This document shows, piece by piece, positions 18,699 through 27,704 of a stretch of DNA of 64,000 nt. Within the stretch, counting starts at the first letter, position 1, and each line of letters starts with the position of its first letter. The position numbers were made by a program, and so were the translations under genes. The notes below the pieces were generated by a model. That model was not told the DNA's origin, ran no database searches, and was given only the letters and a program-made list of their open reading frames with translations. The stretch is from an uncultured Actinomycetota bacterium (GTDB lineage: Bacteria; Actinomycetota; Actinomycetes; JAFAQI01). The DNA lies in the NCBI GenBank assembly GCA_963835405.1, contig CAWIFV010000004.1, positions 135,506 through 199,505 of the forward strand, in the 5' to 3' direction.

Positions 18699-20050
18699 AC
18701 CATCGGCTTGATGATGGACTGCGACACCACGGGCGTGGAGCCGGACCTCGCGCTGGTGAAGTTCAAGAAGCTCGTCGGCGGCGGCTCGATGCAGATCGTC
18801 AACCAGACGGTGCCGAAGGCGCTCACGAAGCTCGGGTACCCCGACGAGCAGATCGAGGCGATCATCGAGCACATCGCCGAGCACGGCAACGTCCTCGACG
18901 CGCCCGGGTTGCGTCCGGAGCACTACGAGGTCTTCGACTGCGCCATGGGCGAGCGGGCCATCCCGCCGATGGGCCACGTGCGGATGATGGCCGCCGTCCA
19001 GCCGTTCATCAGCGGCGCGATCTCCAAGACGGTCAACATGCCGGAGACGGCGACGATCGAGGAGATCGAGGACATCCACTTCCAGGGCTGGAAGCTCGGC
19101 CTGAAGGCGCTCGCGATCTACCGCGACAACTGCAAGGTCGGCCAGCCGCTGTCGGACGCCAGGGCGAAGAAGGCGGGCGAGCCGGTGGCCGACGCCACCG
19201 ACGTGCACGAGCACCGGCCGGTCCGCAAGCGGCTGCCGAAGAAGCGGCCGTCGCAGACGGTGTCGTTCTCGGTGGCCGGCGCCGAGGGTTACATGACCGC
19301 GGGCTCCTACCCGGACGACGGCCTCGGCGAGGTGTTCCTCAAGCTCGGCAAGCAGGGTTCGACGCTCGCCGGTGTGATGGACGCGTTCTCGATCGCGATC
19401 TCGATCGCGCTGCAGTACGGCGTGCCGCTCGAGACCTACGTGCAGAAGTTCACCAACATGCGGTTCGAGCCGGCGGGCATGACCGACGACCCGGACATCC
19501 GCATGGCGCAGTCGGTGATGGACTACATCTTCCGTCGCCTGGCGCTGGACTACCTGCCGTACGAGCAGCGCACCGAGCTCGGCATCTTCACCGCCGAGGA
19601 GCGTGCGGCCAACGTCGCCTCCTCCTACGGCGCGGCGCCGGCGGCACCGGCTCCGGCCGAGGAGGAGATCGACCGGAGACGCTGCGCGACAGTGTTCCTC
19701 TGGAGAGCGGGGTCCCGATCGAGCACGGCCCGGACGACGCGGCAGTGAAGGCCGCGCCGGTCGAGGCACACTCGTCGACCGAGCTCATCGAGGCGCAGCA
19801 GGGCACCGCGGCCGACGCGCCGCTGTGCATGACCTGTGGGGTCAAGATGCGCCCGGCGGGTTCCTGCTACGTCTGCGAGTCCTGCGGCAGCACCTCCGGC
19901 TGCAGCTGATGGGTTCTTGCCACCGGGACGCATACCGCGTTGCCAGGTAAGTGATCCGCTTTGTGGCTTCGCACGGGTCGCCGACCCGCCGCTACCTCAC
20001 CGAAGGGCCCGAAAGTGGTGGAACCGGGCTCCAAGTGCCCCCGTCAGCGG

Positions 20051-20110
20051 TGAGCACTATAGCGCTCAAGTGAGCGGCATACCGCTCAACCGAGCGCTAT
20101 AGTGCTCAAG
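20051..20110. promoter_or_regulatory. three tandem 20-bp units, each holding a 16-bp near-palindrome GAGCnnnnATAnnnGCTC (candidate operator array)
   Basis: TGAGCACTATAGCGCTCAAG / TGAGCGGCATACCGCTCAAC / CGAGCGCTATAGTGCTCAAG at 20051, 20071 and 20091. Unit 3 is the reverse complement of unit 1 and overlaps GTG 20102. Confidence 0.6.
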
Positions 20111-20769
20111 GGGGGGGCGGCGGTGGACCTGTCGAACCCCATCGGGTCGGTCATCCCGAGCGCGCACGGAGCTGTACTGGCGGTGTTGGCGCGTACCACC
20201 GAGCCGCTCGAGCGGCCGGGCGATCGCGGCTTTGACAGATGGGAGGGTCAGCCAGCGCCGCACGAACGATGTGCTGGGAGAGCTTGCGACCGCCGGAGTG
20301 GTGCTGCGGGACGACCGGCCTCCGGCGCTGCTGTACCGGCTGAATCGGGAGCACGTCGCCGCTGCCGGCGTCGTTGCGCTGGCTGAGCAGTGGGGGACCC
20401 TGCTCGGCGGATCGCGCGGAGCTTGCCGGCTGGTCGCCTCCTCCGGTGACCGCTTGTCTGTTCGGCTCAGCGGCTCGTGGCGAGGGCGGCTCCGCAAGCG
20501 ACATCGACATCCTGCTCGTGCCAAGGGACGAGGTGCGCTCATCGGCAGCGGCAGAACGGGCCTGGCAAGAGAATGTCGACAGGCTCACCGAACGGGTGCG
20601 GATCTGGTCGGGGAACGCCTGCGAGGTGCTGGAGCTCACGGGGGCCGAGGTCGCCGCCGCCGTCGATCGTGACGACCGGCTGGTGCGGGACTTGCGTCAG
20701 GACGCGATCTCGCTGATGGACCGCGACGTCCGGACGCTTCTCCGCGGCCCGGCCGGGGCGTCCCAGTGA
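20102..20769 (+). pseudogene. wHTH - nucleotidyltransferase (MntA-like) protein, two frame shifts as sequenced
   Basis: GTG 20102 or 20123. wHTH-like GAVLAVLARTTEPL / SGRAIAALTDGRVSQRRTNDVLGELATAGVVLRDDRPPALLYRLN. NTase signature LFGSAARGEGGSASDIDILLV. Shifts near 20205 and 20405. TGA 20767-20769 overlaps the next GTG. Confidence 0.75.
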
Positions 20770-20996
20770 CCCCGCTCAACGACGCTCGAGCGCACCTGGC
20801 GAAGGCTCGTGAGTTCCTGGAAGCGGCGCGGTTCAACAACGACCAACCGGCTCAACGTTGGCGCCAACGCTGCTCCTCAGCCCCGCTGCCTTGAGTTCGG
20901 CTACTCGAATCGGTCGCGGCGGCGGACGCGACTAGGGCGATCGAGTGGGCGACCCGTCTCCTCGAGGGTGCAGAGGCAGTGGTCTCGGCCCGGTAG
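20766..20996 (+). pseudogene. HEPN-like partner gene remnant (truncated, in-frame TGA)
   Basis: GTG 20766 in GTGA overlap. N-terminal helix TPLNDARAHLAKAREFLEAARFNND and C-terminal helix ATRAIEWATRLLEGAEAVVSAR* are in the same frame, separated by TGA 20892-20894. Only about 77 codons in total, and no Rx4-6H motif is seen. Confidence 0.5.
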
Positions 20997-21026
20997 GGCG
21001 AGTGTTCGACTTGGGACCAGCAGGGC

Positions 21027-21227
21027 TCAGCTGACGGAGGCCGTGAGCCGCCAGTGGGCGGGCTCCTCGTCCGGCACCTTCTCCACCACGCCGAGGTCCA
21101 CGAGCCTCGCTAGGGCGTGTGGACGTTGGGGATCTGCATCCCGAGCGCGGCGGCGACGGCTGCTGTCGGGATGCCGCCCCCGGGGGCGAGCTCGAGCAGG
21201 TTGTGGATACGCTGCCGGCGCGGCCAT
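21027..21227 (-). pseudogene. small winged-helix DNA-binding protein (about 65 aa), frame broken as sequenced
   Basis: RRQRIHNLLELAPGGGIPTAAVAAALGMQIPNVHT in one frame and ALARLVDLGVVEKVPDEEPAHWRLTASVS* in another. ATG 21227 is in the second frame. Confidence 0.5.
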
Positions 21228-21238
21228 GAGCGGTCCCG

Positions 21239-21493
21239 GTGAAAATCAAGCTCGATCTTCACGACGTCTACAACCGCGGCGACGAGATCGAGCGCGCCCT
21301 TCGCCGGGTCATCGACGAAGCGGTGCGGACGAGGGCGCCGTTGGTCGAGATCATCCCCGGCAAGGGCTCCGGGCCAGCTGAAGAAGCGGTGCTGCGGTTC
21401 CTCGACCGCAAGGAGATCAAGGCGGTGTATCACCGGGTCGAGAAGGACTCGGACAACCACGGCCGGATCTTCGTGCACTTCCGGTGGAAGTGA
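21239..21493 (+). CDS. small Smr-domain protein (84 aa)
   Basis: GTG 21239. KIKLDLHDV...PLVEIIPGKGSG...VLRFL...GRIFVHF resembles the Smr/MutS2 C-terminal domain (LDLHG...IIHGKGxG), with D replacing G and P replacing H. Confidence 0.6.
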   Translation: MKIKLDLHDVYNRGDEIERALRRVIDEAVRTRAPLVEIIPGKGSGPAEEAVLRFLDRKEIKAVYHRVEKDSDNHGRIFVHFRWK

Positions 21494-21521
21494 CCAGCGC
21501 CTGGCGGGAACCCCTCCCGCG

Positions 21522-23012
21522 TTAGTCCCGGGCTCGGAGGGGCCGTGGTGGGTGCCTGCGCGGGCGATGCGCGCGCCATCCCCCGAAGACCAGACGGTGC
21601 AACGGCGCGACCGACCACCAGTAGAGGTGTCCCGCGAGGCCCCGCGGCTGGAAGACGGCGCGCTGCGTGTACGTCGACCCGTCGATCGCCGGCGGGATCA
21701 CACGAGCTCCAGCCAGGCACGCCCGGGCAGTCGCATCTCGGCCCGGAGCCGGAGCAGGCGCCCGGGCTCGATCTCGTCGACCCGCCAGAAGTCGACGGCG
21801 TCGCCGCGGCGCAGCCGGGACGGGTCCCGGCGTCCGCGCCGCAGACCGACGCCGCCGACCAGGCGGTCGACCCAACCCCGGCCCGCCAGGCGAGCGACCA
21901 GGAGTACCAGCCGTGTCGCACCGCCGATCCCCTCGACGACCCGCCAGAGCGTCGGCGGTGCGCGGCGACCTCGGCCACGCGTTGGTCGACGTACAGCGAC
22001 CGCCGGCCCAGTCCGGGTCGGTGGGCAGGGGGTCGGACGGCGCGCCGGGCCACGCGCGCTGGACCAGCGGGTATGACGTCGCCGCCGCGGATGCGCGCGA
22101 GCGCGAGCCGCACCGCGTCGTCGAAGGTGACGAGCCCTTCGGGCGGGTCGGGACCGACGCGCGATGTCGTGCTCGTGGCAGACGACCTCGTGACGCAGCG
22201 ACTCGACGAGGGGACGGGCGATGGCGCTCGGCACCGGCGTGACCAGCCCGACCCAGTGGCTCGACAGCGAAGGTGACAGGACCGGGACCGGCACGATGAC
22301 GCGGCGCCGTAGCCCGGCCACGGCGGCGTACCGCTGCATCATCGCGACATAGGTCAGCACGTCGGGCCCGCCGATGTCGAAGCTGCGGTTGACGTCGGCG
22401 GGCAGCGCGGTGCGCATGCGGCGAGATAGCGGACGACGTCGCGGATGGCGATCGGCTGGACCCGGTTGCGCACCCATCGCGGGGTCACCATCGCCGGGAG
22501 CCGCTCGGTCAGGTAGCGCAGCATCTCGAACGACGCCGAGCCGCTGCCGAGGATGACGGCCGGCGCGGAGCACGGCCGTGGGGACGTCGGCAGCGAGGAA
22601 GATCTCGCCGACCTCCTCCCGCGAACGCAGGTGCGGGCTCAGCTCCACGCCCGCGGGGGCGAGGCCGCCGAGATAGACGACCGGCTTGACGCCTCGGTCG
22701 CCGCGCGGCCGCGGCGAAGGTCTGGGCGGCCCGCCGATCGCTCTGCTCGAAGCCGTGGCCGCTGCCGAGGGCGTGGACGAGGTAGTAGGCGACGTCGACG
22801 TCGCGGAGGGCGTCGAGAAGGGCATCCCGGTCGAGGACGTCGCCCTCGCTGACCTCGACCTGTGACCGCCAGGGGAGGTCGCGCAACCGGTCTGCTCCAC
22901 GGGTGAGACAACGGACCTCATGCCCCTCGCGCACCAGGGCGGGGACGAGCCGGCCGCCGACATATCCCGTCGCCCCCGTCACCAGCACTCGCACCGACTG
23001 CGAGGTCGTCAA
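21522..23012 (-). pseudogene. NAD(P)-binding SDR-family protein with C-terminal DUF2867-like region, multiply frameshifted; 3' end approximate
   Basis: ATG 23012. VLVTGATGYVGGRLVPAL, YYLVHALG, VYLGGLAP, FDIGGPDVLTY, SHWVGLVTPVP, DFWRVDEIEPGRLLRLRAEMRLPGRAWLEL and FQPRGLAGHLYWWSVAPLHRLVFGG lie in different frames. Confidence 0.7.
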
Positions 23013-23060
23013 GCGCGTCCCCCCGAGTCGATCAGGGCCGGACAGAGTGGCCCGCCGGCC

Positions 23061-24116
23061 TCACGAACCGGTGATCTTGCCGTCCTTCGGGACCAGGAGC
23101 ACCCACGTCTGACCACCCGGCCGCAGCGGGATGTCGTCCCCGCCGGCGGTCACGAAGTGGGTGCCCGCCGAGCGGGTCGGGCGCTGCCACCTGCCGACGT
23201 ACCGCTGGTGGCCGCGGAAGACGACCGCGCGGCCGGTGCCGACGCTGTGGGTGTCCGGGGAGTTGTTGCCGAGGATGTCCGCGTAGCGACCCCGTACGAC
23301 GGGGACGAACGCCACGATGACGTTCTGCGGCACGACGTCCGTGCCGTCGGCGAGGTGCATCGGCCGACCGTTCTGGGTGAGCCGCCAGCCATGCCGCCCC
23401 CGGTCGTAACGGAACGTCACGTACGACGCGGCGTTGAACCGCACGGTCACCGTGCCGTGCACGCGCCTGCCGCCGGCCGGCGCCGCCCCGAAGCGGAACC
23501 CCACGTCGCGGACGCCCACCCCGCGACGCGGCGCCGCCTCGATCAACCGGGTCGTGCTCGTGTAGAAGTTGTAGGCCTCGACCCGGCGGCCGAGGAGCGT
23601 GTATGCCGCGGCGTAGCTCTCCTGCGGCACCGGGATCAGGCGTGAGGCGTTGACGTGTGCGCGCACGTGCCGGTTGGCGCCGGAGAAACCGAAGACGATC
23701 CGGCCGTACTGCGCGAACAGCTCGATGTCGGTGTCCCGCGCGCTTCGGATCGGCCCCACCTCCGGCGAGCCGCGGCCGACGAACACCGCCGCGAAGCGCG
23801 TCGCCTCGCCCTCGATCACCTCCTGGTAGACCACCGGCGCGTGCGCGAAGCCCTTCTGCAGCGGCCGGGCGGAGGCGGAGTTGTCGACCTTGATGACCAC
23901 CACCGGCCCGCGGTGCGGCGGCCGGCCGTCGAGCGTGGCGACCAGCGGCTCCGCGGTGGGCGACGGGCTCGCGCTCGGCGAGGCGGACGGCGACGGCGAC
24001 GGTTCGGGCTCGCTGCCCCCGCCGGAGCACGCGGCCAGGGCCGCCGCGACAGCCATCGCCACGGTCGCGGTCGTACGCCGGGCGGGCCGGGGTCGAGACG
24101 GCCGGCGGGCAGGCAT
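23061..24116 (-). CDS. DUF3048-like lipoprotein
   Basis: Signal plus lipobox AAALAAC|SGG, Pro/Ser-rich linker, then VVIKVDNSASARPLQKGF...IEGEATRFAAVF. Intact 351 aa. Confidence 0.7.
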   Translation of the reverse strand: MPARRPSRPRPARRTTATVAMAVAAALAACSGGGSEPEPSPSPSASPSASPSPTAEPLVATLDGRPPHRGPVVVIKVDNSASARPLQKGFAHAPVVYQEVIEGEATRFAAVFVGRGSPEVGPIRSARDTDIELFAQYGRIVFGFSGANRHVRAHVNASRLIPVPQESYAAAYTLLGRRVEAYNFYTSTTRLIEAAPRRGVGVRDVGFRFGAAPAGGRRVHGTVTVRFNAASYVTFRYDRGRHGWRLTQNGRPMHLADGTDVVPQNVIVAFVPVVRGRYADILGNNSPDTHSVGTGRAVVFRGHQRYVGRWQRPTRSAGTHFVTAGGDDIPLRPGGQTWVLLVPKDGKITGS

Positions 24117-24251
24117 GCGGGCTCCTTGCCCAGTCGCGGATGTCGGCGTCGCAGAGCGTAGCCGCCGGCGGGCGTGGATTTGCGGGGTTTCGCAGACCGT
24201 CGTCTACCCTGCGAGAAACGGACACCGACGTAGAGATGGGACGGCAGGCGC

Positions 24252-24488
24252 ATGCTTTTCGTTGCCCTGGCGGTGCTGCTCGCCGTGGTGCTGGTCGCCT
24301 GGTGGCTGATCCGCAGCGCGCGGGACGTCGATGCCGAGCTCGAGCGGTTCGCGGCGGCCCGGTCGACGACCAACCGGTGGGCGCAGGACCCGTCGTCGGC
24401 GCCGCGGCCGGTGCTCGACATCGCCGAGCGTGGCGGGGCACCGGTGCCCGAGCAGCAGGCGGGCGACTCGCTCGACGCGACGGGCTGA
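24252..24488 (+). CDS. small membrane-anchored hypothetical protein (78 aa)
   Basis: ATG start, N-terminal TM helix LFVALAVLLAVVLVAWWLI, good third-position GC. Confidence 0.5.
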   Translation: MLFVALAVLLAVVLVAWWLIRSARDVDAELERFAAARSTTNRWAQDPSSAPRPVLDIAERGGAPVPEQQAGDSLDATG

Positions 24489-24573
24489 GCCCGCCGGTCT
24501 CCGGTCGCCGCAGTGCCGCAGGCGCCGCAGTCACCGCAGTCACCGCAGGCACGCGGCGACCGATGGCGGGCGG

Positions 24574-24735
24574 TCAGGCGCCGACGGCCGCCAGCGCGGG
24601 TTCGTCGTCGTAGCTCGCCAACAGGGCCGAGGCTCCTGCGGCGTAGGTCGCACTGAACAGGCGGCTGGTGATGCGGAAGAAGGCGGTGTCCCGCTCGTCG
24701 TCCCACTCCGCCGGCACGATCTCGAGGTGGTTCAT
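24574..24735 (-). CDS. small hypothetical protein (53 aa)
   Basis: ATG 24735 is 6 nt after GGAGGG. MNHLEIVPAEWDDERDTAFFRITSRLFSATYAAGASALLASYDDEPALAAVGA*. Confidence 0.5.
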   Translation of the reverse strand: MNHLEIVPAEWDDERDTAFFRITSRLFSATYAAGASALLASYDDEPALAAVGA

Positions 24736-24874
24736 GTCCGGCCCTCCTGGTTCGTCGTCGTGGTCCCACCATCCGCCCTGACCGCAGCCGTGCACATCCG
24801 CCGAAGCGACGCTGCCGGGCGACATTCGGTCGCCGTACGAGTCGTCCGAACGGCGTAGTGAGAGCGTGGCGGGC

Positions 24875-26333
24875 ATGACGCGCGCCAAGATCGTCGCCAC
24901 GCTCGGGCCGGCCTCCTCCGGCGGCTCCCGGGTGCGCGAGCTGGTCGAGGCGGGCCTCGACGTCGCCCGCCTCAACCTCAGCCACGGCGACCACGCGAGC
25001 CACGAGGCGGCCTACCTCGAGGTGCGCCAGCGCCTCGGACGAGACCCGGCGCAGCGTCGGCGTGCTCGTGGACCTCCAGGGGCCCAAGATGCGGCTCGGC
25101 CGGCTCGCCGCCCCGGTCACCGTGGAAGCCGGCGACGAGGTGGTCATCACCACCGAGGACGTGCCCGGTGACCGGCACCTCGTCCCGACGACGTATCGCG
25201 AGCTCCCCGACGACGCGCGGGTCGGGGATCGCATCCTCGTGGACGACGGGCGGGTCGTCCTGCAGGTCAGCGCCGTGAGCGGCGACCACGTGGCCACCCG
25301 CGTCCTCGTGGGCGGGCAGCTGTCGGACCACAAGGGGCTCAACCTGCCCGACGTCGACGTCAGCACGCCAGCGCTGACCGACAAGGACGTCGACGACCTG
25401 CGCTGGGCGCTGCGACTGCGTGCGGACCTGGTCGCGCTGTCCTTCGTCCGGACACCGGACGACGCCGCGGCGGTGCGCCGGGTGATGGCGGAGGAAGGCG
25501 TGCACCTCCCGGTCATCGCGAAGATCGAGAAGCCGCAGGCCGCGGCACGGCTGGAGGAGATCGTCGACGCGTTCGACGGCATCATGGTCGCGCGCGGCGA
25601 TCTCGGGGTCGAGATGCCGCTCGAGCAGGTCCCGATCGTCCAGAAGCGCGCGGTGCAGCTGGCCCGGGCCGCGGCCAAGCCGGTCATCGTGGCCACGCAG
25701 ATGCTGGAGTCGATGGTGTCGGCGCCGCGGCCGACGCGCGCCGAGGCGTCGGACGTGGCCAACGCCGTCCTCGACGGCGCCGATGCGGTGATGCTCTCGG
25801 AGGAGACGAGCATCGGGAGCTACCCCGTCGAGTCCGTCGCGACGATGGCCCGGATCCTCGCCGCGGCCGACGCCGACGGCGGCGCGTTCCTGCCGGCGCT
25901 GACCGTGCGCCCGGGCCGCGGCAGCGGCGCCGAGGTCGCGGACGCGATCACGACGGCAGCGGCGAACGTCGGCGCGACCATCGGCGCCCGCGCGCTCGTC
26001 GCCTTCACCGAGACCGGTGACACCGCGCGGCGACTCGCCCGGCACCGCTCGCCGATCCCGCTGCTCGCGTTCACCCCGACCATGGCCGTCCGCAGCCAGC
26101 TGTCCCTCACCTGGGGCGTGGAGACGTTCCTCGTGCCGCACGTCTCGCACACCGACGACATGGTCCGCCAGGTCGACGCCGCGCTCATCGACATCGGCCG
26201 GCTGCGGGCGGGGGACCGCATCGTCATCGTCGCCGGCTCACCGCCCGGCATCCCCGGCTCCACCAACGCGCTGCGCGTGCACCGGATCGGCGACGCCGTC
26301 GGCGGCGCCGCCGAGGCCTACCGCTCCGGCTGA
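24875..26333 (+). pseudogene. pyk: pyruvate kinase, one frame shift near 25031 as sequenced
   Basis: [22 protein letters not shown], then (shift) [71 protein letters not shown]. Confidence 0.9.
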
Positions 26334-26377
26334 GCCTTCTTGCCGGGCGCGGCGGCCGACCCGCGCTGCCGGTCGGG

Positions 26378-27560
26378 TCAACCCTCCTCCGTGACGACGG
26401 CACGTACGTCGGCGACGAGGTCTCCGAGCGCGACGTTCAGGTCGAACGCGTGGTAACCCCACATCGCGCCCAACGAGGTCCGCAGCCACGTGCGCGGGTC
26501 GTCCGACCCGTGCACGGGTGTCACCTCCAGCCAGGTCGCCCCGTCGGCATGTCGGCATCGCGCGCGGTAGGTGTCCGGGTAGGCGACCCAGGGCGTGTCC
26601 ACGTCGTCCGGGGCGAAGTCGACAGGCGGGAAGTAGGGGTGCAGGACAGCGCGCCCGCCGCCGATGTCTGCCGGGTTGACGCACGCGACCTGCGTGCCGG
26701 GACGCCCGCTCTCGCCCGGAGAGCGCGCTGACACCGAACCCCGGCCGGCCGAAGAACGCGAACGCCGGTGGCTGCGACGGGAAGCTCGAGTAGGCGATGA
26801 CGCAGCCGCGCTCGCCCGTGCTGCCGCACAGCGGCAGATGCTGGAAGCTGCCACCGGTGCGCTGACCGGTGGCGACGGTGACGTTCGCGCCGAGCAGGAT
26901 CGCCAGGGCCGTCCGATCCCGCAGCGTCGGCTCCGGGTCGATGTCGGCGCGCAGCAACCGCACGAGCATCGCCGCCCCCTGCGAGTGCCCGATGAACACC
27001 ACCGGCCGCCCGTGGTTGTGGTGGTAGAGGTAGTCGCGCCAGGCGCTCTCCAGGCTGCGGAAGGCACGCAGGTTGGCGACCGAGTCGGGGGCGAGGTCAC
27101 GCAGGTCGGAGAGGTTCTGGATCGTGCGCTGCCGGTACATCGGAGCCCACACCCGGCAGACGGCCGAGAATCTCGACGCCTGGGCGTAGGCGACGAAGCG
27201 TTCGGCTTGTTGGATGCGCAGGTCGGCGTTGCGGCGGTGCTGCTGGCTCACCGTCGGATAGACGTAGAAGCAGTCCGCCGGTGGCCGTCGCAAGGCGGGC
27301 GCGCGCTGCACGTGCTGCCCCCCGTCGTAGCGCAGCGCAGTCGCGGTGCGGCCGCGGGTGCAGGGGTTCGGCGTCCGGTCGGGGCGGCACAGCCACACGG
27401 TGTCGCGCGCCACCGGGCCGGGCCTGCCAGCCGCCGTCGACGAGCCGGCGGGCGGCGTGGGCGTCGTACCGGGCGCGGGCGTTGCGGGCCCGGAGCAGGC
27501 GGCCAGGCCGGCCAGGACCAGCACGCCGAGCCCAAGCCGTCCGTTCCCGCGTCGCCGCAC
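26378..27560 (-). pseudogene. DUF3089-like alpha/beta-hydrolase lipoprotein, one frame shift near 26745
   Basis: Lipobox LAGLAAC|SG. DCFYVYPTVS, APMYRQ, nucleophile elbow VFIGHSQGAAML. The C-terminal 120 aa are in a second frame and end EEG*. Confidence 0.7.
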
Positions 27561-27704
27561 GCGTCGAGGCTAGGTCCGGCCGGCGCGCCGGTGGCGCTCG
27601 GGAGGAGTTCCGGGGCCGACGCCGAAGTGTCCGCCCGGCCGGACGGAGAACCCGTCCAGACCAGGCGAAAGCACGACAAACAGCCCAGCCCACAAGGGGG
27701 GACC

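Noticed and set aside
19910-21521. Calling the islet a mobile element or prophage remnant
   Set aside because: I found no integrase, transposase, tRNA target or flanking direct repeats. Only gene content and composition suggest accessory origin.
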